The notes below the pieces were generated by a model. It ran no database searches and was not told where the DNA came from. It saw only the letters and a list, made by a program, of their open reading frames with translations. DNA of 64,000 nt from Heterodontus francisci (Eukaryota): positions 139,042,685 to 139,106,684 of the forward strand of contig NC_090374.1 in the NCBI RefSeq assembly GCF_036365525.1. Direction: 5' to 3'. Positions within the stretch are counted from its first letter, which is position 1; each line of letters starts with the position of its first letter. Below, piece by piece: positions 39,519-53,417 of this stretch. The position numbers were made by a program, and so were the translations under genes.

Positions 39519-40493
39519 TGTTACGAAAAGGTGTGAAGTGGTGTGGATGACTGCCACATTTTGCTTCTCAACTGACCGCAAATAGTGTTTTAGTCCCTGA
39601 GTGTTTTAAGTGTCAAATAAACAGACAACAACAGGTTTTCGCATAGGTTTATGAATTAAACAATACCCAAAAATGTTTGCAACCTCACCCACTTATACAG
39701 GCACACACATGCTCACACAAAAAAAGATGGAGATTAGAGGATAGCATGCATTTAAGTCCATTTGTTGTAAAAAGAGTTCACTTTGAAACCTTTGTAGTTT
39801 TCTTCGAGGAATTTTTCACAGTATTGCAGGTCTAATATTCCTTGTCTTTGCTCACTGAAGTGCTGCAGATTCCTTTGTTTATGACTCAGTCAAAGTCAAT
39901 ATACAATCTTGTTGAAATTTCTCCAATGGGGAGTTTTCAAGGTCACCTTTGGAATCTCTGCCTTGGTGGTTTAAAGTGTTAAAGGCATGGTCTTAGTTTT
40001 GGCTAGAATGGATGTCTCAGCTTCCTCGCTGGCTGGCTTCCTCTCTCTCTGAGAAATCTGTTTTGTTAAGAAAAAGTATTATCAGGCTGGTTTTTAGTCA
40101 TGCTCTCCCCTGGTGTGTCCATTCAATGTATTTGAATGTGGGCAATTGTTATACAATGGGGTTGGATTGTGGTTTATCTGGATGATAAAGTGGTATTACT
40201 TCCTAATTATTATCTGGGCTTTGCATCCAGAGTTGCCCTGTCTGTTCTTGAAGGTAGGAGCCATGTAGCATTGAATGGCCTGTTTAGCATTTTAATGTGT
40301 CTTCCCCAGAACTAGTCCAGACATGTTGATGAGCTTATTCTCCAACAGTCATGATGTATATTTGCATCATAGGAAGGGTCACCTGACCCCTTACTCCATC
40401 TTGCCTGCAGCAAAATGTGTCCATTTTTTGGAGTTTAATTCACCAGTTCATTTTTACAGTTCTTAATTGCTCCAGTTCACTTTAATTCATAAC
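39519..40493. repeat. Possible solo LTR
   Basis: Starts tgttac, and its layout resembles 55608-56987 (acaggttttc, acacac tract, tctctct tract). End and TSD are not clear. Confidence 0.3.
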
Positions 40494-40930
40494 TGCTCCT
40501 TTCATGAGCATGACAATAGCTTGTCAATAAGGGAGAAACTCATGCTGGTAATCATGCCCTCTGGTAATGCAAAACACTTGACAGGGAGCCTCAAATTGTA
40601 AAATTGCAGCCATGGGCATAAAACTTTGTTGATGCCGCAGAAAACGGGTGCCTGACCTTTCAATATGTTGGATGAAATGTGTCTGTTTATTCTACACCAG
40701 AGGTGCACTGCTGCTGTATTGGATCAGACTGCTTCGTAGATGTCCAGGGTGCATGCCGGAACTATGTTAAGCAATCATTAAAATATTTAAATATGGGTCC
40801 TATGCATGATGTAGGAACCAAAGCTTGACACACCTTGTGGTAAACACACCTGGCACCTGATAATGCTATCAGGCAGGATAGAACTTCCAGCAGTGCTCTT
40901 TCAAGGCTCATCCAACAAATATTTATTAGT

Positions 40931-41097
40931 ACAAAAGCAAAATACTGCAGATGCTGAAAATCTGAAATAAGAACAGAAAACGCTGGAAATACTCAACAGG
41001 TCAGGCAGCATCTGTGGAGAGAGAAACAGAGTTAATGTTTCAGGTCTGTCACCTTTCATGATGACATTCTGATGAAAGGTCACAGACCTGAAATGTT
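40931..41097. repeat. Penelope-like terminal repeat with an internal inverted segment
   Basis: tttcaggtctgtcacctttcat...atgaaaggtcacagacctgaaa forms a hairpin. Confidence 0.65.
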
Positions 41098-41639
41098 GGG
41101 CTGGATTTTATCTCGATGGTGCAGGTCACAGCGTCATAGAAACATAGAAAATAGGAGCAGGAGTAGGCCATTCGGCCCTTCGAGCTTGCTCCGTCATTAT
41201 GGTCATGGCTAATCATCCAACTCAGTAACCTGTTCCCGCTTTCGCCCCCTACATTTTGATTCCTTTAGCCCCAAGAGCTATATTTCCTTCTTGAAAACAT
41301 AAAATGTTTTGGCCTCAACTGCTTTCTGTGGTAGCGAATTCTACAGGGTCACCACACTCTGGGTGAAGAAATTTCTCCTCATCTCAGTCCTGAAAGGTTT
41401 ACCCCGTATCCTTAGACTATGACGCCTGGTTCTGGACTCCCCCACCATTGAGTCAGTTAGGATTATATCCGCTGGAGTTCAGAAGAGTAAGGGGGGATCT
41501 CATAGAAACCTATAAAATTCTAACAGGACTTGACAAGGTAGATGCAGGAAGGATGTTCCCGATGGCGGGCCTCTCTCAGAGCCATTTCCGGACCCCCCGC
41601 CACAACCACCAGCATCGGGAGACTGGTAAAATTCAGCCC
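41098..41639. mobile_element. Short Harbinger-type MITE containing a 5'-inverted CR1 3' fragment (~41135-41570)
   Basis: TIRs gggctggatttta / taaaattcagccc. CR1 tail on minus at 41135-41447; upstream CR1 sequence on plus at 41448-41570. Confidence 0.75.
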
Positions 41640-42894
41640 GGTGAGTCAGCTTTGCTAGAACACAGAAACCAGTTTAAGCTAGCTCCCGAATTAACTAGCT
41701 ACAGCTACTCTCAGAGAGCTTGTATATCCCTGTTTAAAATTATAAGAAACTTAACTTGCCTCTTAACTTGAACAGTAATTTTAGTTCATTGCTAAATGTA
41801 AACAAAAACTAAACTTTGGAGTGATTAATCCTTAAAATCCCATCACTTACCAAATTCCTTCAGACTCTGTGCATTCAAGCAGCACTCGGTGCAGACAAAC
41901 AGTACTCAGCGACCCCTGAATTTATACTCTCAAACGACCTTCTTCACATACTGTGCACTCAAGCAGCACTCAGTGCAGAATACTTAGTATGAATATACTT
42001 ATTGAAGTATGTTGTCCTGTTCTATGAGCAGATGTTTTGTGTTATTTTGCAAATTATTTGATATTTAAATAGAGGTTAATGAATGATTATAGTTGGTTTT
42101 ATCCTGAAAAAGAGAATGGAGGAGTAAATGAAACAAGAGATGAAAAGTGAACATTTTTTATCTTGAGTTACCTATTCCAGCATAGAATTTGCTAGGCCAT
42201 TCTCTGTAGCTATAAGTGAAAAGTTCAGGTTTCAAAACTTTCATATTAAGCAAATAATTTTGCCCCACTAGTTGTGTGTTGTTAATTAATATTGATTTTG
42301 TTGTTTTGCATATTACTTTTCTGTTCTGGTTTTGTTTGTAAATTGAAAAAATAAGATTACTTTTCGCTCCATAAACTTGTGCCAGGAATTAGACAGATTA
42401 TTACATACAAGGGATCTGATTGACCAAAGGAGTGAGTATCAATGAATGATAAGGCCATGTTCCTGGCAGACCAGAAGCAATGCAATGCAAGTTCTTAGCC
42501 AGGCCCCAAGGGTTCTGTTTGCTTTTGTCCTGCCAACTAACAGTTGTAATGCAAACTCCAATGTGTCTGATACTAGACTGGGGGCTTTGAGCTGATTAAA
42601 GAACTCGGTCCCCTATTCCAATACACAACATGATGGAATGTCTATTATAACCAAACATGTCAACCTAAATTATGTTTTACTCAGTCAGGCTTTGTTTAGG
42701 GTTGTGCATGCATTGTTTTATCAAAAATTAAATCTAGTATTTTATTTCCTAGTCTTTTTTATAGAAAGATGTAATAAACCAGTGGTTGGCTATTCACTGT
42801 ATATGCAGATTAATTGCCCCCATGTCAATCGCTGAGTCAATAATTTTGTCAAATGTCCATGGTGCAACATGTTGGTGCCTATCCCTGCTACACC

Positions 42895-43680
42895 CATAGA
42901 TGTTACATTTTGGTAAGAAAAATAAGGAGGTCACATATTACTTGGAAAATAAGAAGCTAAATGATGTAGTAAGGCAAAGGGATCTGGGAGTACAAATACA
43001 CGAATCACTTAAAAGTAGTGAAGCAGGTCAATAAGGCCATAAAAAACCAAGAACTCTGATTTATTGCTATAGTAATAGAATTGAAAAATAGAGATGTTAT
43101 GCTCAACTTGTATTGAACCTTGGTTAGACCACACCTGGAGTACTGTATACAATTCTGGTTTCCATATTATAAAAAAGATACAGAGGTACTGGAGAGGGTG
43201 CAAAAAAGATTTACAAGGATGATACTAGAATTGCAAGGTTCTACCTATCAGAGAAGGATGAACAGCGGGGGTCTCTTTTCTCTTGATTAGGATGACCTAA
43301 TAGATGTCGTTAAAATTATGAAAGGTTTTGATAGGGTAGACAGACAGAGAGACAATTTCCACTTATGGGGTAGGACAAAACCAGAGGCCATCAATATAAG
43401 CTAGTTACCAAGAAATCAAAGAGCAGAAGAAACCTCTTTACCCAGAGAATGTTGGGAATGTGGAACTTACCTCCATGGAGAGGAGTTGAGGTGAATAGTA
43501 TAGATGCATTTAAGAGGAAACTAGATATGGACGTGAGAGAGAAGGGAATAGAGGATTATACTGATAGAGTTAGATGAGGAAGGATTGAAGGAAGCTTGAG
43601 TGGAGTATAAAATTGGCATGGATTGCTTGGGCCAAATGTGCTGCTTCTGTCCTGCATATTCTATGTAATTCTATATAATT
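42895..43680 (+). mobile_element. CR1 LINE 3' fragment
   Basis: LVRPHLEYCIQFW and a ttctatgtaattctat tail. Confidence 0.85.
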
Positions 43681-43759
43681 TATCTATTATATTGCTCCTA
43701 CAAAATGTTTCCTTAGTTGCTATAGTTTGGTAAGTGGAGGGCTGCTGAACTTCCATTGA

Positions 43760-44790
43760 GGACATGTCAGGCAGTGGATGACCATGAGCAGCTCTGGCCC
43801 TTGAGAGCCTGACTACAATCTGAAGCATCTTGGTGTGAGTTGGGACAGTCTGGCCCAGTTAGCAATGTGGCACTGACAAGGCCATTGGCAGAATGGGTGT
43901 GGGGAGTACTCTTGTTGTCTTCCTGAGAGAGGCCAGCAGGTGCCTCTCCATTGGAGCTAAGGTCACTCTCCTGGGACTCCATCTCAGCACAACTACGGCT
44001 CTGGATGAGAACAGAGTGCAGCAGTGATGTGACACTCTGAAAGTCCCTGTCAACACTACTAGCTGCCATGGAAGCTGTCAGCAGCAGTTCAATCAAGCTG
44101 CGTGCCAGTCTCGTGTGCATGGAGCTGACCACTCAGTGCATATTGGACAATTGGACAGAGCAGACACCTATCATTTTCCTGGTTGTTGCTCATCAGCCTT
44201 CTTTGGTAGCCTTGGTCCTCAAAGTGCCTCTGTGGTAGAGTGAGTATACAATTATGCCCTCCATTGGGCTGGCACTTGTGATATCCTATCCTCCAGCCCT
44301 AGCTTCTACACACTTGTGGCCGGTAATTCTCCATGTGAAGATCCCTCCTCTGGTCTAGCCTCTAAAGTACCTGTGATACCAATCTCTAAGCTGGTCCTTC
44401 TAGGGTCAGATTAAATGAAGGGTGCATCTTCAGGAAGGCTGGCTTCCTCTTCCCGAAGTGGCAGAGGTATCTCCACATTTTCATCACCCGAAATGAAAGA
44501 GATGGATAAGGGTTGACTTTTAGTATGAAACACAACATGGGAAGAAGTAGCTGGAGAAAGTTTTTCATGCAAAGCATGTCGGGTGAAATAGAAGTAAGAA
44601 GAAAAAAAGATAATAAGATATGAAGCAACCCTGCACAGCTTCTCCTCCAGTGTGCCACTCTCTGCAGCCATGATCGCTCCCTGCCGTGATGACCAGCAAT
44701 TTTTCATCCAAGGATGAAGATGGGCAGGCTGCCTCAGCTTCCTCTAGCAGAAACCTCCTAGTACATTTTGTGTGTGACTTTCTCCTGTAA
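43760..44790 (-). pseudogene. Probable Harbinger accessory (Myb-associated) ORF remnant
   Basis: The 43767-44132 ORF resembles the 23624-24402 peptides (ASMAASSVDR vs ACMASSIER; ttacag|EKVTHK vs EKRAHN). Confidence 0.4.
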
Positions 44791-45447
44791 GATGGATTGT
44801 GTTAGTAACAGTTTTGAGACATGTTCAGAGAATGTACCTGTCATAATCAAGTAGTTAATATACAGTATGTAAGATGTGAGGTGTGGGGAAGTGAGGTTGT
44901 AGTAGTTCCTTTAAGATATACAGCTTAAGCTACTCGATGCCTGGTACAACTAGGCAGACCATGCTCATTTAACATTTGGGCCCTACAAACGGTGTACCAT
45001 TGCGATTTGCAAATTTAAGGAATCCAGCATCTGTTTCAGGCGGACACCCTGCACAACTAAAGTCTGTCGGAGCCAATTTGGTGTCCACTGCAATTCCAGC
45101 ATAGCTTAGCATAGCATAGTGCACTGACATTTTTGGAGGTCTAACGCTGATTTTATGCTGGAAAAACAGACAGCCATGAGCTGACTTTCTCTGCAAGAGA
45201 CGTCTTTTCGCCAAATGGTCTTACACCAGCTCTCCATTGTAACTGTGCAATCTAACCTATGATTTGCATAGATTTAGCTTCAACTACAACAATTAGCATT
45301 CATGTAGCATCTTTAACTAATAAAAATGTCCCAAGGTTCTTCACAGGTTGTCCTTCTTTGCATTTGTACTGTATGGCCGTAGTTATAAAAATATAATCAC
45401 ATTTTTTTAATGGACTTTTCAATGTGTCCTCCCACTTTTAATAATTT

Positions 45448-46287
45448 GGGCTAGATTTTACAGCCTCCCCAACAGTGGGGGGTCATGGTAGGGGGGCCGG
45501 AAAATGCCTCCGGAAGAGGCCTGCCACAGGCTACGACAATGGGAAGGCCTGGTCCGACATTGCTGGCAGTGGCGAGGCCTCATTGCAGCCCCCCCATCTC
45601 CCTGGCCACTCAGTGATGGGAGCCAAATCTAAATGTGTTAATGTATTAAAATAAATGAATGAAGTACTTACCCACTCCCGCCATCCGTTCCGCAGCAATA
45701 TTGCTGCTGGTGGCCAAAACTCCCACACCTTCGGATACCCCTTTGATGCGGGATACTGGTGGGGAGGGAGGAGCAGGTAAGTATTTCAGTGCAGGCCGGG
45801 GGGGGGGTGATGGGTGGGGTGGGTGTGGGGGGGGGTCGGTGGGGGAGCGGGGTCAAACTAATCTGATTGGTGTTGGGGATGGTGAGAAGGGGTGAAGTTA
45901 AAGGTTTATGCACTTTGTGGGGGAAGGTCAGATACACAAGGTAAGTATTTTGGGAGGCAGAGGGCAAGGAATGAATTGTATGGTTATTGGGGGGGGGGGT
46001 GGGAGAGGGGCTAGAAACATTTATTTAATTTTTGTAAATAAATTTTAATTCAATATCTGTTTAAAAATTTAAATTGTAATGTAGGGCTCGAAGCCCATTA
46101 AAAATGCCAGAGATGGACCAGACCGCCCGCCTCCTTCACATCATCAGAGGGGCGGTTCGCCCTGGCCATTTAAATGACCTGCCGCGCTAAATATCACGGC
46201 GGCTCCGTGACTTGTGGGCCGTGTGGGTGGACTGCCACTTTTGAAGCTCGTTGCCGAGATCGGTGGTGAGCTTATAAAATCCGGCCC
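45448..46287. mobile_element. Harbinger-type MITE
   Basis: TIRs gggctagatttta / taaaatccggccc with TSD ttt; internally similar to 52381-53417. Confidence 0.8.
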
Positions 46288-46317
46288 TTTGTGTATCCAA
46301 TTCCTTAAGTCTCTTAT

Positions 46318-48790
46318 AATAAAAGCAGAAAATGCTGAAAATGCTCAGCAGGTCAGGCAGGATCTGTGGAGAGAGAAACAGAGTTAGCGGCCAGAATTTT
46401 TCATTGGGTGGGAGGCCCCGCCCACCGACCGAAAAGTCAGTGGTGAGCCCGCCTCCGCCAGGCCTGGGGAGCCAGACCGGGACTTTTCACTCCCCAGGCC
46501 CTTAATTGGACTTAGGAAGGACTTCCACCTCCTTGAGGCAGGAAGTCCCGACTAACGGAGCTGCCGGCCAATCAGCGGGCCGGCAACTGGTAGTCCCAGC
46601 AGCACCACTGGGAGTGGTGGCCACTGCTGGGACTACACCTAGCTTCCGGAGGAAGAGCAAGGATGACCTGGGAAAGGAGGTAAGTTTTTGAGGCCTCACC
46701 ACGGATAATTGGTCAGGCCCCAGCGAGGCAAGTGGGGTCAGTTAGGGGGGTGGGGGGAGTGTTGTGCATTGGGGGCAGTTGGGGCTTTGGATGTAGCCCT
46801 CCGTGGGGCACACGATGCCCAATCAGGAGGGCCCTCCACCAGATACAAGAAGGACACCCGGTTTCACAAGGCGGGCTTTTTGAGGCTTCTGCCATCTGGC
46901 CGCCCAGGGTAAAATTCCCGTAGTGGCAGACAGAGGCCCTTAAGTGCCAGTTAATTGGCCAATTAAGGGCCTTGATTGGCTTGGGGCCAATTCTTGCCGC
47001 CGATGCCCCGAGTTAAATTGCAGCGGGGGTAACAGTGGGTCAGGAACGCCCTCCCCCACCTTCTACTCAATTTTACACGCCCCCCCACCCACCCCCCCGT
47101 GCCATCTGCCCAGCCTGCTCATTTGGGGGGTGTAAAATTCCAGCCTATATTTCTGGTCAATGACTTTTCCTCAGAATTGGGAAAAGTTAGAAATATAACA
47201 AGTTTAAGCAATTAAAATGGGGAAGAGTGGAAAATAGAACAAAAGGGATGGTCAGTGATGGCGTGGAAGAGGTGAGATTAAATGACAAAAGGGTTGCTGG
47301 TGTAAAGCCAAAGGGAGTGGTAATGGGACAAGTAAAGAAACAAAAGATGTGTCGAGAGGAGGTGCAAATGGCAGAATGATGAACAGCTGCCTTCTGAAAA
47401 CAAAAACAAGAGAAAAACAAGAGTCAAACCAAAACCTGCAAAGAGACAGGAAAAAAATGGGGGCTGATGTTAACTCTATGAAATTGTTGAACTCACTGAG
47501 TCAAGAAGGTTGTAAAGTGCCCAGTTGAGAGATGGAGAGCTGCTCCTTGAGCTCATGTTGAGCTTCATTGGTACACTGCAGTAGGCCGAGGACAAAGAGG
47601 CCAGCATAAGAGCAAGGTGAAGAAGTAAAATGACAGGTGACTGGAAGCTTGGGTTCATGGTTTCAGACTAAATGGAGGTGCTCTGCAAAGCGGTCACCCA
47701 ATCTGCAAGTGGCCTCCCCGAAGAACACATTGCACTGTGAGCGGTTAATAACGTCTACTAAATTGAAAAAAGTGCATGTAAATCACTGTTTCATCTGCAA
47801 GGAGTGTTTGGGGCCATGGATAATGAGGAGAGAGGAGGTAAAAGGGCAAGTGTTGTATCTCCTGAGTTGCATAGAAAGGTGCTGTGGGAAGGGGAGGGGC
47901 TGTTAGGTGTGATTGAGGAGTGGGCCAGGGTGTCATAAAGAGAATGGTCTCTTCAGAATGCAGAATGTGCAGGGGAGGGGAAGATGTATTTGGTGGTGGC
48001 ATCATGTTGGAGCTGGCAGAAATGGCAGAGAATGATCTGTTGAATGTGAAGGCTGGTGGTGTGGAAGGCGAGGACAAGGGGAACCCTATCATGGTCCTGG
48101 GAGAGAGGGCAAGGGGTGATAACAGAAGTGCGGAAAATAGGACGGACGTGGTCAAAGGCCCTGTCAATTACAGTGGGGTTGTGGGGGGGCGGGGAATCGT
48201 TGATTGAGGAAAAAGGAAGACATAGCAGCACTGGAAAAAAGTCAGAACAGTTGTTATGGAGATGGAGAAACTGGGAGAATGGAATGGAGTTCTTACAGGA
48301 AGCAGGGTGAGAGGAAGTGTCACTGATCTGAAACATTAACTCTGCTTCTCTCTCCACAGATGCTGCCAGCCCTGCTGAGTAGTTCCAGCATTTCTTGTTT
48401 TTATTTGAGAGGAAGTGTAGTTGAGGTAGCTGTGGAAGTCAGTGGCCTTATTGCAAATATTTGTCAATAGCCTATCCCCAGGAATGGAGTTAGAGAAGAC
48501 AAGGAAGAGAAGAGTCAGAGATAGACCAGGTGAAGGTGAGAGAAGGTGAAAATTGGAAGAAAAGTTGATTACATTTTCTAGTTTAGGGCTGGAGCAGGAA
48601 ACGGCACCAGTCATCAATGTACTGGAAAAAGAGGTGAGGTAAGGGGCCAGGGTAGGCCTGGAGCAAAGATGTTCCACATATCCCATAAAAAGGAAAGCAT
48701 AGCTAGGACCTATGTAGGTACCCATAGCAACACCTTTTATTTAGAGGAAATGAATGAAGTTAAAGGACTTTGTTCAATGTGAGAACTAAG
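46318..48790 (-). mobile_element. Penelope-like retroelement (RT and GIY-YIG endonuclease), degenerate
   Basis: MGTYIGPSYAFLFM (PLE RT), SIPFSQFL, VPLVLAFH and a C..C...GE...RLGDRFAEHL remnant near 47680-47790; terminal repeat at 46318. Confidence 0.85.
46388..47146. mobile_element. Harbinger-type MITE inserted in the Penelope terminal repeat
   Basis: TIRs ggccagaatttt / aaaattccagcc; the Penelope repeat resumes at ~47148. Confidence 0.7.
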
Positions 48791-48889
48791 AGACCTTAAG
48801 TCTCTTCCCTACTACTCTTTTTCAGAACTTGCAATTTAATGTATATTTATCCACCCTATTCTTTCCCCCCCCCCCCACCCCCCACCCCC

Positions 48890-49230
48890 CGCCAAACATT
48901 TCTCCACATTTCATTCCATCTGATATCTATCTGCTCCATTTACTAACCTGCCTGTCCTCCTGAATTCACTCACAGTTCTCCCATAAATAGCTATGCTGCT
49001 TATTTTGGTGTCACCTGCAAAGTTTGATGGTGTGCCTTATATTTGAGTTCAAATCAAAAGAGAGAAACAGAAGAACAATGGTCCTAACACTGACCCCTGG
49101 GAAGGCACCACAGATTACATTGCTAACCAATCATCCATTAGCCACTTTTCCCTGTTTAATGTCCTTTAACCAATTTCCTATTCATGCTGTTCTGTGCCTT
49201 TAGTAATGTAATTAACTTTATCAACAATCC
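48890..49230 (-). mobile_element. Old CR1 RT fragment
   Basis: PQGSVLGP and FAGDTK remnants on the minus strand. Confidence 0.6.
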
Positions 49231-51264
49231 AAGTGAGCTCCATCTGTGCTGTATCTATGTTCTATGTTTCTATCAACATGAGACAGTTACTGCAGTTTGG
49301 AGTTCCAGCCTCAAAAATCTGTGGCCCATTCTTGGTGTGAGTGTGGTGGAACAGCCATAAATTAGTTCAGAACTTGGACAGACAGGGTCCAAACTTCTGT
49401 GTCAATTTTCCACGAGGCCCTGTTTGGGGCAGAACCTCTAACTGGTCCAAACATCAGAGAGGGCATAGCTAACAGGAAGTTGACTCTTGGACTGGGTTTC
49501 CTCAGTCTCAACCTGGAAGAAGAATAATGGATGATATGCTGACTTAAAGTGGAACCCAAGTGGGATACAGGCTTGGACTGTGCGCTGGATCGTTGAAGAA
49601 AACGTTATCAATTCTTTTAATTTCACATACCCCTTATAAAAGGGTATCAGAGGATACTTTGTTTGGGGGAGAGGGGCAATACCATTCCAGAGAGGCCAGC
49701 CGCCACCACATTCTGCAACTGGTGGGTGACAGAGAAGTGCACATAATGCATGGGAACATGTCTTTGCCATTCTAATCTGCAGGTAATTTCAAAATATATA
49801 TAATTTGTTATTTACAAATTGGGCTGCTAGGAACAGATTTCAGTTTGCTCTCATAGCAGGTCAAGATTCCTATCAGGAATACAAAGTTTGAAAATAACCT
49901 TTAAGATCGCTCTTAAATTAAAATACAATTTTATAATGACCAACTGCTGTAGACTGCTGAGGTAGGTAATTTTGAAATACAGTAATGTTAAATACCTACC
50001 ATGTACCTGAGGTACAACTTACAGTGGAGTTAGCAGTGTTTGTGCAGTATCGACAACTTATTATCTCCAGTTACATTTCAAATAACTGTACCCAATCATA
50101 CCCCAGATCTTTATTAATCATTGGTTAAGGAATCTTTCTGTATTCCTGTCAATGGACTGTCTTTGTTTCTTACAGTTTAAACTTAGTGAAAGAACTGTAT
50201 CCTTTTAACCTGGGTTACCATAGCTTTCTGAAAGAAAAAATGCAGGGCAAATTTTAATTTAAGCCGCAGTAATGGCAGCTCTTTGGTAGGTTGATCATCC
50301 ATCAGTTCCATATTTGCACTTGTAATCCCAACATTTGCCCAGGGTCTGACTGTTTAAAATAATTAAGGCAGGCGCTGAGGCCATTTTGGCATCAATCTGA
50401 TGCCTGCCTCAGGTTTTGGGGGGCAGTGGGCGGGGGGAGGATGCAGCGGTGGGGCTGGTGGAGGAATTGCTGTGGCACCTTGCAGCATTGTAGTATAGCT
50501 GACAGGTTAAGCTGAACACCTACAGTACAAATAGAAGGAAATACATCACATGGTGTTCACTGGTGTGACTGAATGGGAAAATTGAAACTTAAGGGTAGTT
50601 TTTGTCTTCACTGCCCAGAACAGTAATCTGGCAGAGTGTATCACACACCCATTGTAGAGCTTGTCTGATTTTCATTCCATTGAAATAAAAGGGATGAGAA
50701 AGGTCCGGTTTATGTAGCAGTTGGGTAATCTCTTTAGTTTAATGCCCAGGTGTCATCGGCTAAACTTTACCCCCATGTGTTGAGAATTGAGGCCACAGTG
50801 TTATAGCCTTATGCCTGGCAAACAATGTTAGAATTCAATTACCTTCCTTCTCTAATTCACAACAACACTTTGAGTAAGCCTGAGAAACTTGATGGTAGAG
50901 TATACAGAACAGACTTTATTGATATACATCACAGTGATCAGCCTAACTGTGTGAGAGCAGCTTTTTGATTTCTGTATCTTTCAAATTCTTTGAAGAACTG
51001 TTGAAAACCACGCTCCTTTATACATCATATTTTGCCTACATCAAAGGTATATGTCATAGATAACACCTCATGATGTATCTATTTCCAAATCCTTTTGAAG
51101 ACAGTTCATGCATGTTATCAGTTGTAATAGTTTACTCCAAATCTACTTGTCTCAAACAAGACTTCCTGACATAACTGTTCTTAACCTCTTTGAAGAACAG
51201 GCTTATTAACTGTTATCTTTCTATATTGTTGTTTATTAATAACTGTTATCTTTCTATAGTGTTG

Positions 51265-51895
51265 TTTTGGACAATCTACAGGAGGCACCTCAAGGCACTG
51301 GAGAAATACTACCAATGCTGTCTCCACAAAATGCTTCACATTCATTGGCGGGATAGGCGGTCTAATGTCAGCATCCTCTCCCAAGCCAACATTCCCAGCA
51401 TCGAGGCGCTAATCACACAAAACCAGGTTCGCTGGTTAGGCCACACCACCCACCTGCCTGACTCCTGGCTCCCGAAGCAACTGCTCTACTCTGAGCTTTA
51501 TCACAGCAAAAGACTCCCAGGAGGACAAAGGAAACTCTCTAGGGATGTTCTCAAGGCATCCCTGAAGAAACAAACATACCCACTGACTCATGGGATTCTC
51601 TGTCCCTCGACCCACTAAAAGTGGAGAAGGTACATAAGGGAAGTTAATGAGCACCTTGTAAGATTTTTACAGGAGCAGCAGAGGCCAAGTCCAGGCAGCG
51701 GAAGGAGCACACAAGCACCCTCCCCCCCCACCCCCACCCCCAAGTAACTCGCCTATCCAACTCTTTAAACACCACCTACCCAACATGTGGTGAAGACTGC
51801 GGTTCACGCATCGGTCCAGTTAGCCATGTTGGAAAACATTGAACCAGAGTGAAAACAAGTCATCCTTGGACCAGAGGAACTGCCTAAGAAGAAGA
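51265..51895 (+). mobile_element. RTE LINE 3' fragment
   Basis: WTIYRRHLKALEKYYQCCL...RWLGH...LPKQLLYSEL; (gaa)n tail. Confidence 0.85.
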
Positions 51896-52380
51896 TGCTA
51901 TTGTTGTTAATGGATCCCTCTACCAGTGTTTCTTACCCTTGCTGCCAAAGTTATAATTTAATGGCCGAAGGCCAACCTCATTATAGCCACTTATTTCTTT
52001 GCACAAATACTATTCGTAGATAGCACTTAGATTCTTGGAAAGTCTGTTCCTCCATGATGCAAAGAAGTTTGATTATCAACCCAGCATACAACTGTCCAAG
52101 ATGTCCAACAAACAGTTCCTATTGGAATAAATGAATTTACCTGAGTTGTTATTTGAACAATGTGACAAAACTGATTATTTTTTCATTGGGGAAGAGAACA
52201 TTGAAAAAGAGTCTTATCCAGTTGTGTAAAATGTTAAAAGGTGGAATGGTGTATGGGCTCATCAGTGCACTGTGTTATGAAGTGCTGAGATGACAGTTTA
52301 TGTGAAGAAGAAATCACCCACTTTATGTTTACAAGCAGGACAGTTGGAATTTGTATCAAAACGTACTTTAACAACTCATT

Positions 52381-53417
52381 AGGCTGAATTTTACAGACCC
52401 CTGATGTCGGGGATCGTGACGGGGGTGGGGGGGGGTGCGGAAAATGCCTCCGGGAGAGGGCCGCCACGCACCCTGACACCGTGAGGCCCCAGCCCGATAT
52501 TGGCAGCGGCGGCGAGGCCTCGTGGCGGTCCCCCACTGCTCGGCGTTGGGAGCCCTATTTAAATATTTAAATTAATTAAAATGAATTAATTAATTACCAT
52601 TATGCTCCCACCATCTGTCTCAGTGCAATCTTTGTGCTGCTGTCCGGCACTCCTGCATCTTCAAATCCTCATCTGGGGAACCGAGGTGGAACGCTGGTGG
52701 GGAGGGTGGGGGAGGCAAGTTTCTCAGTGCAGCGGTGGGGTGGGGGGGAGCAGGGTGAGAGTAATATCATTGGTATAGGGGATGGTGGGAAATGTTAGAG
52801 TTTAAAGTTTATGTACTTTGTGGGGGAAGGAAGGTCAGGCGGACAAGTTAAGTGTTTTGGGGGGAGAGGTCAAGTAATTAATTTAATTGTTATTGCGCGG
52901 GGGGTGGGAGAGAGTTGTGGAAGTTCAGTTGTTGAGTATGTTTAAAGCAGGGATTGACAGATTTCTAAATACAAATGACAAAAGGGACGATGAGGATAGT
53001 GTGGGATAAAGGCATTGAAGTGGATGAGGATGATCAGCCATGATCGTATTGAATGGTGGAGCAGGCTCGATGGGCTGAATGGCCAACTCCTGCTCCTATG
53101 TTCCTATGAGAGGGTCAGAATAAATGTATTTAATGAAAAAAAAAATTCCTTTAAATATTTGAATTGAATGGCAGGGCTTGAAGCCCTTTAACAATGGAGT
53201 CAGCGCCTGCGCACAGGCAGCTGACGCCATTGCCACGGAAGGACAGCCTGCCCCCTCCACGTCATTGGGGGGCGGGGGGAGTGCGGTCCACCTCAGCTAT
53301 TTAGATGAGCCACCGCACTTAATATCATGGCGGCTCTGCAACTGCGGCCCACATGGACAGGCTGCCATAGTTTTCACCCACCACCGTTTTCAGCGGTGGG
53401 AGTATAAATTGTTGCCT
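52381..53417. mobile_element. Harbinger-type MITE (same family as 45448) with a CR1 3' tail inserted at ~52910-53108
   Basis: Left TIR aggctgaattttacag; shared internal blocks gaaaatgcctcc and ggcgaggcctc. Confidence 0.75.

Noticed and set aside
49859-49960. Candidate exon (cag|...|gtaggt) with one open frame
   Set aside because: Weak acceptor, no recognisable protein, and its phase does not follow the other candidate exons.
51200-51260. Short tandem duplication (ttattaactgttatctttctata-like unit twice)
   Set aside because: Ordinary local slippage next to an RTE fragment.
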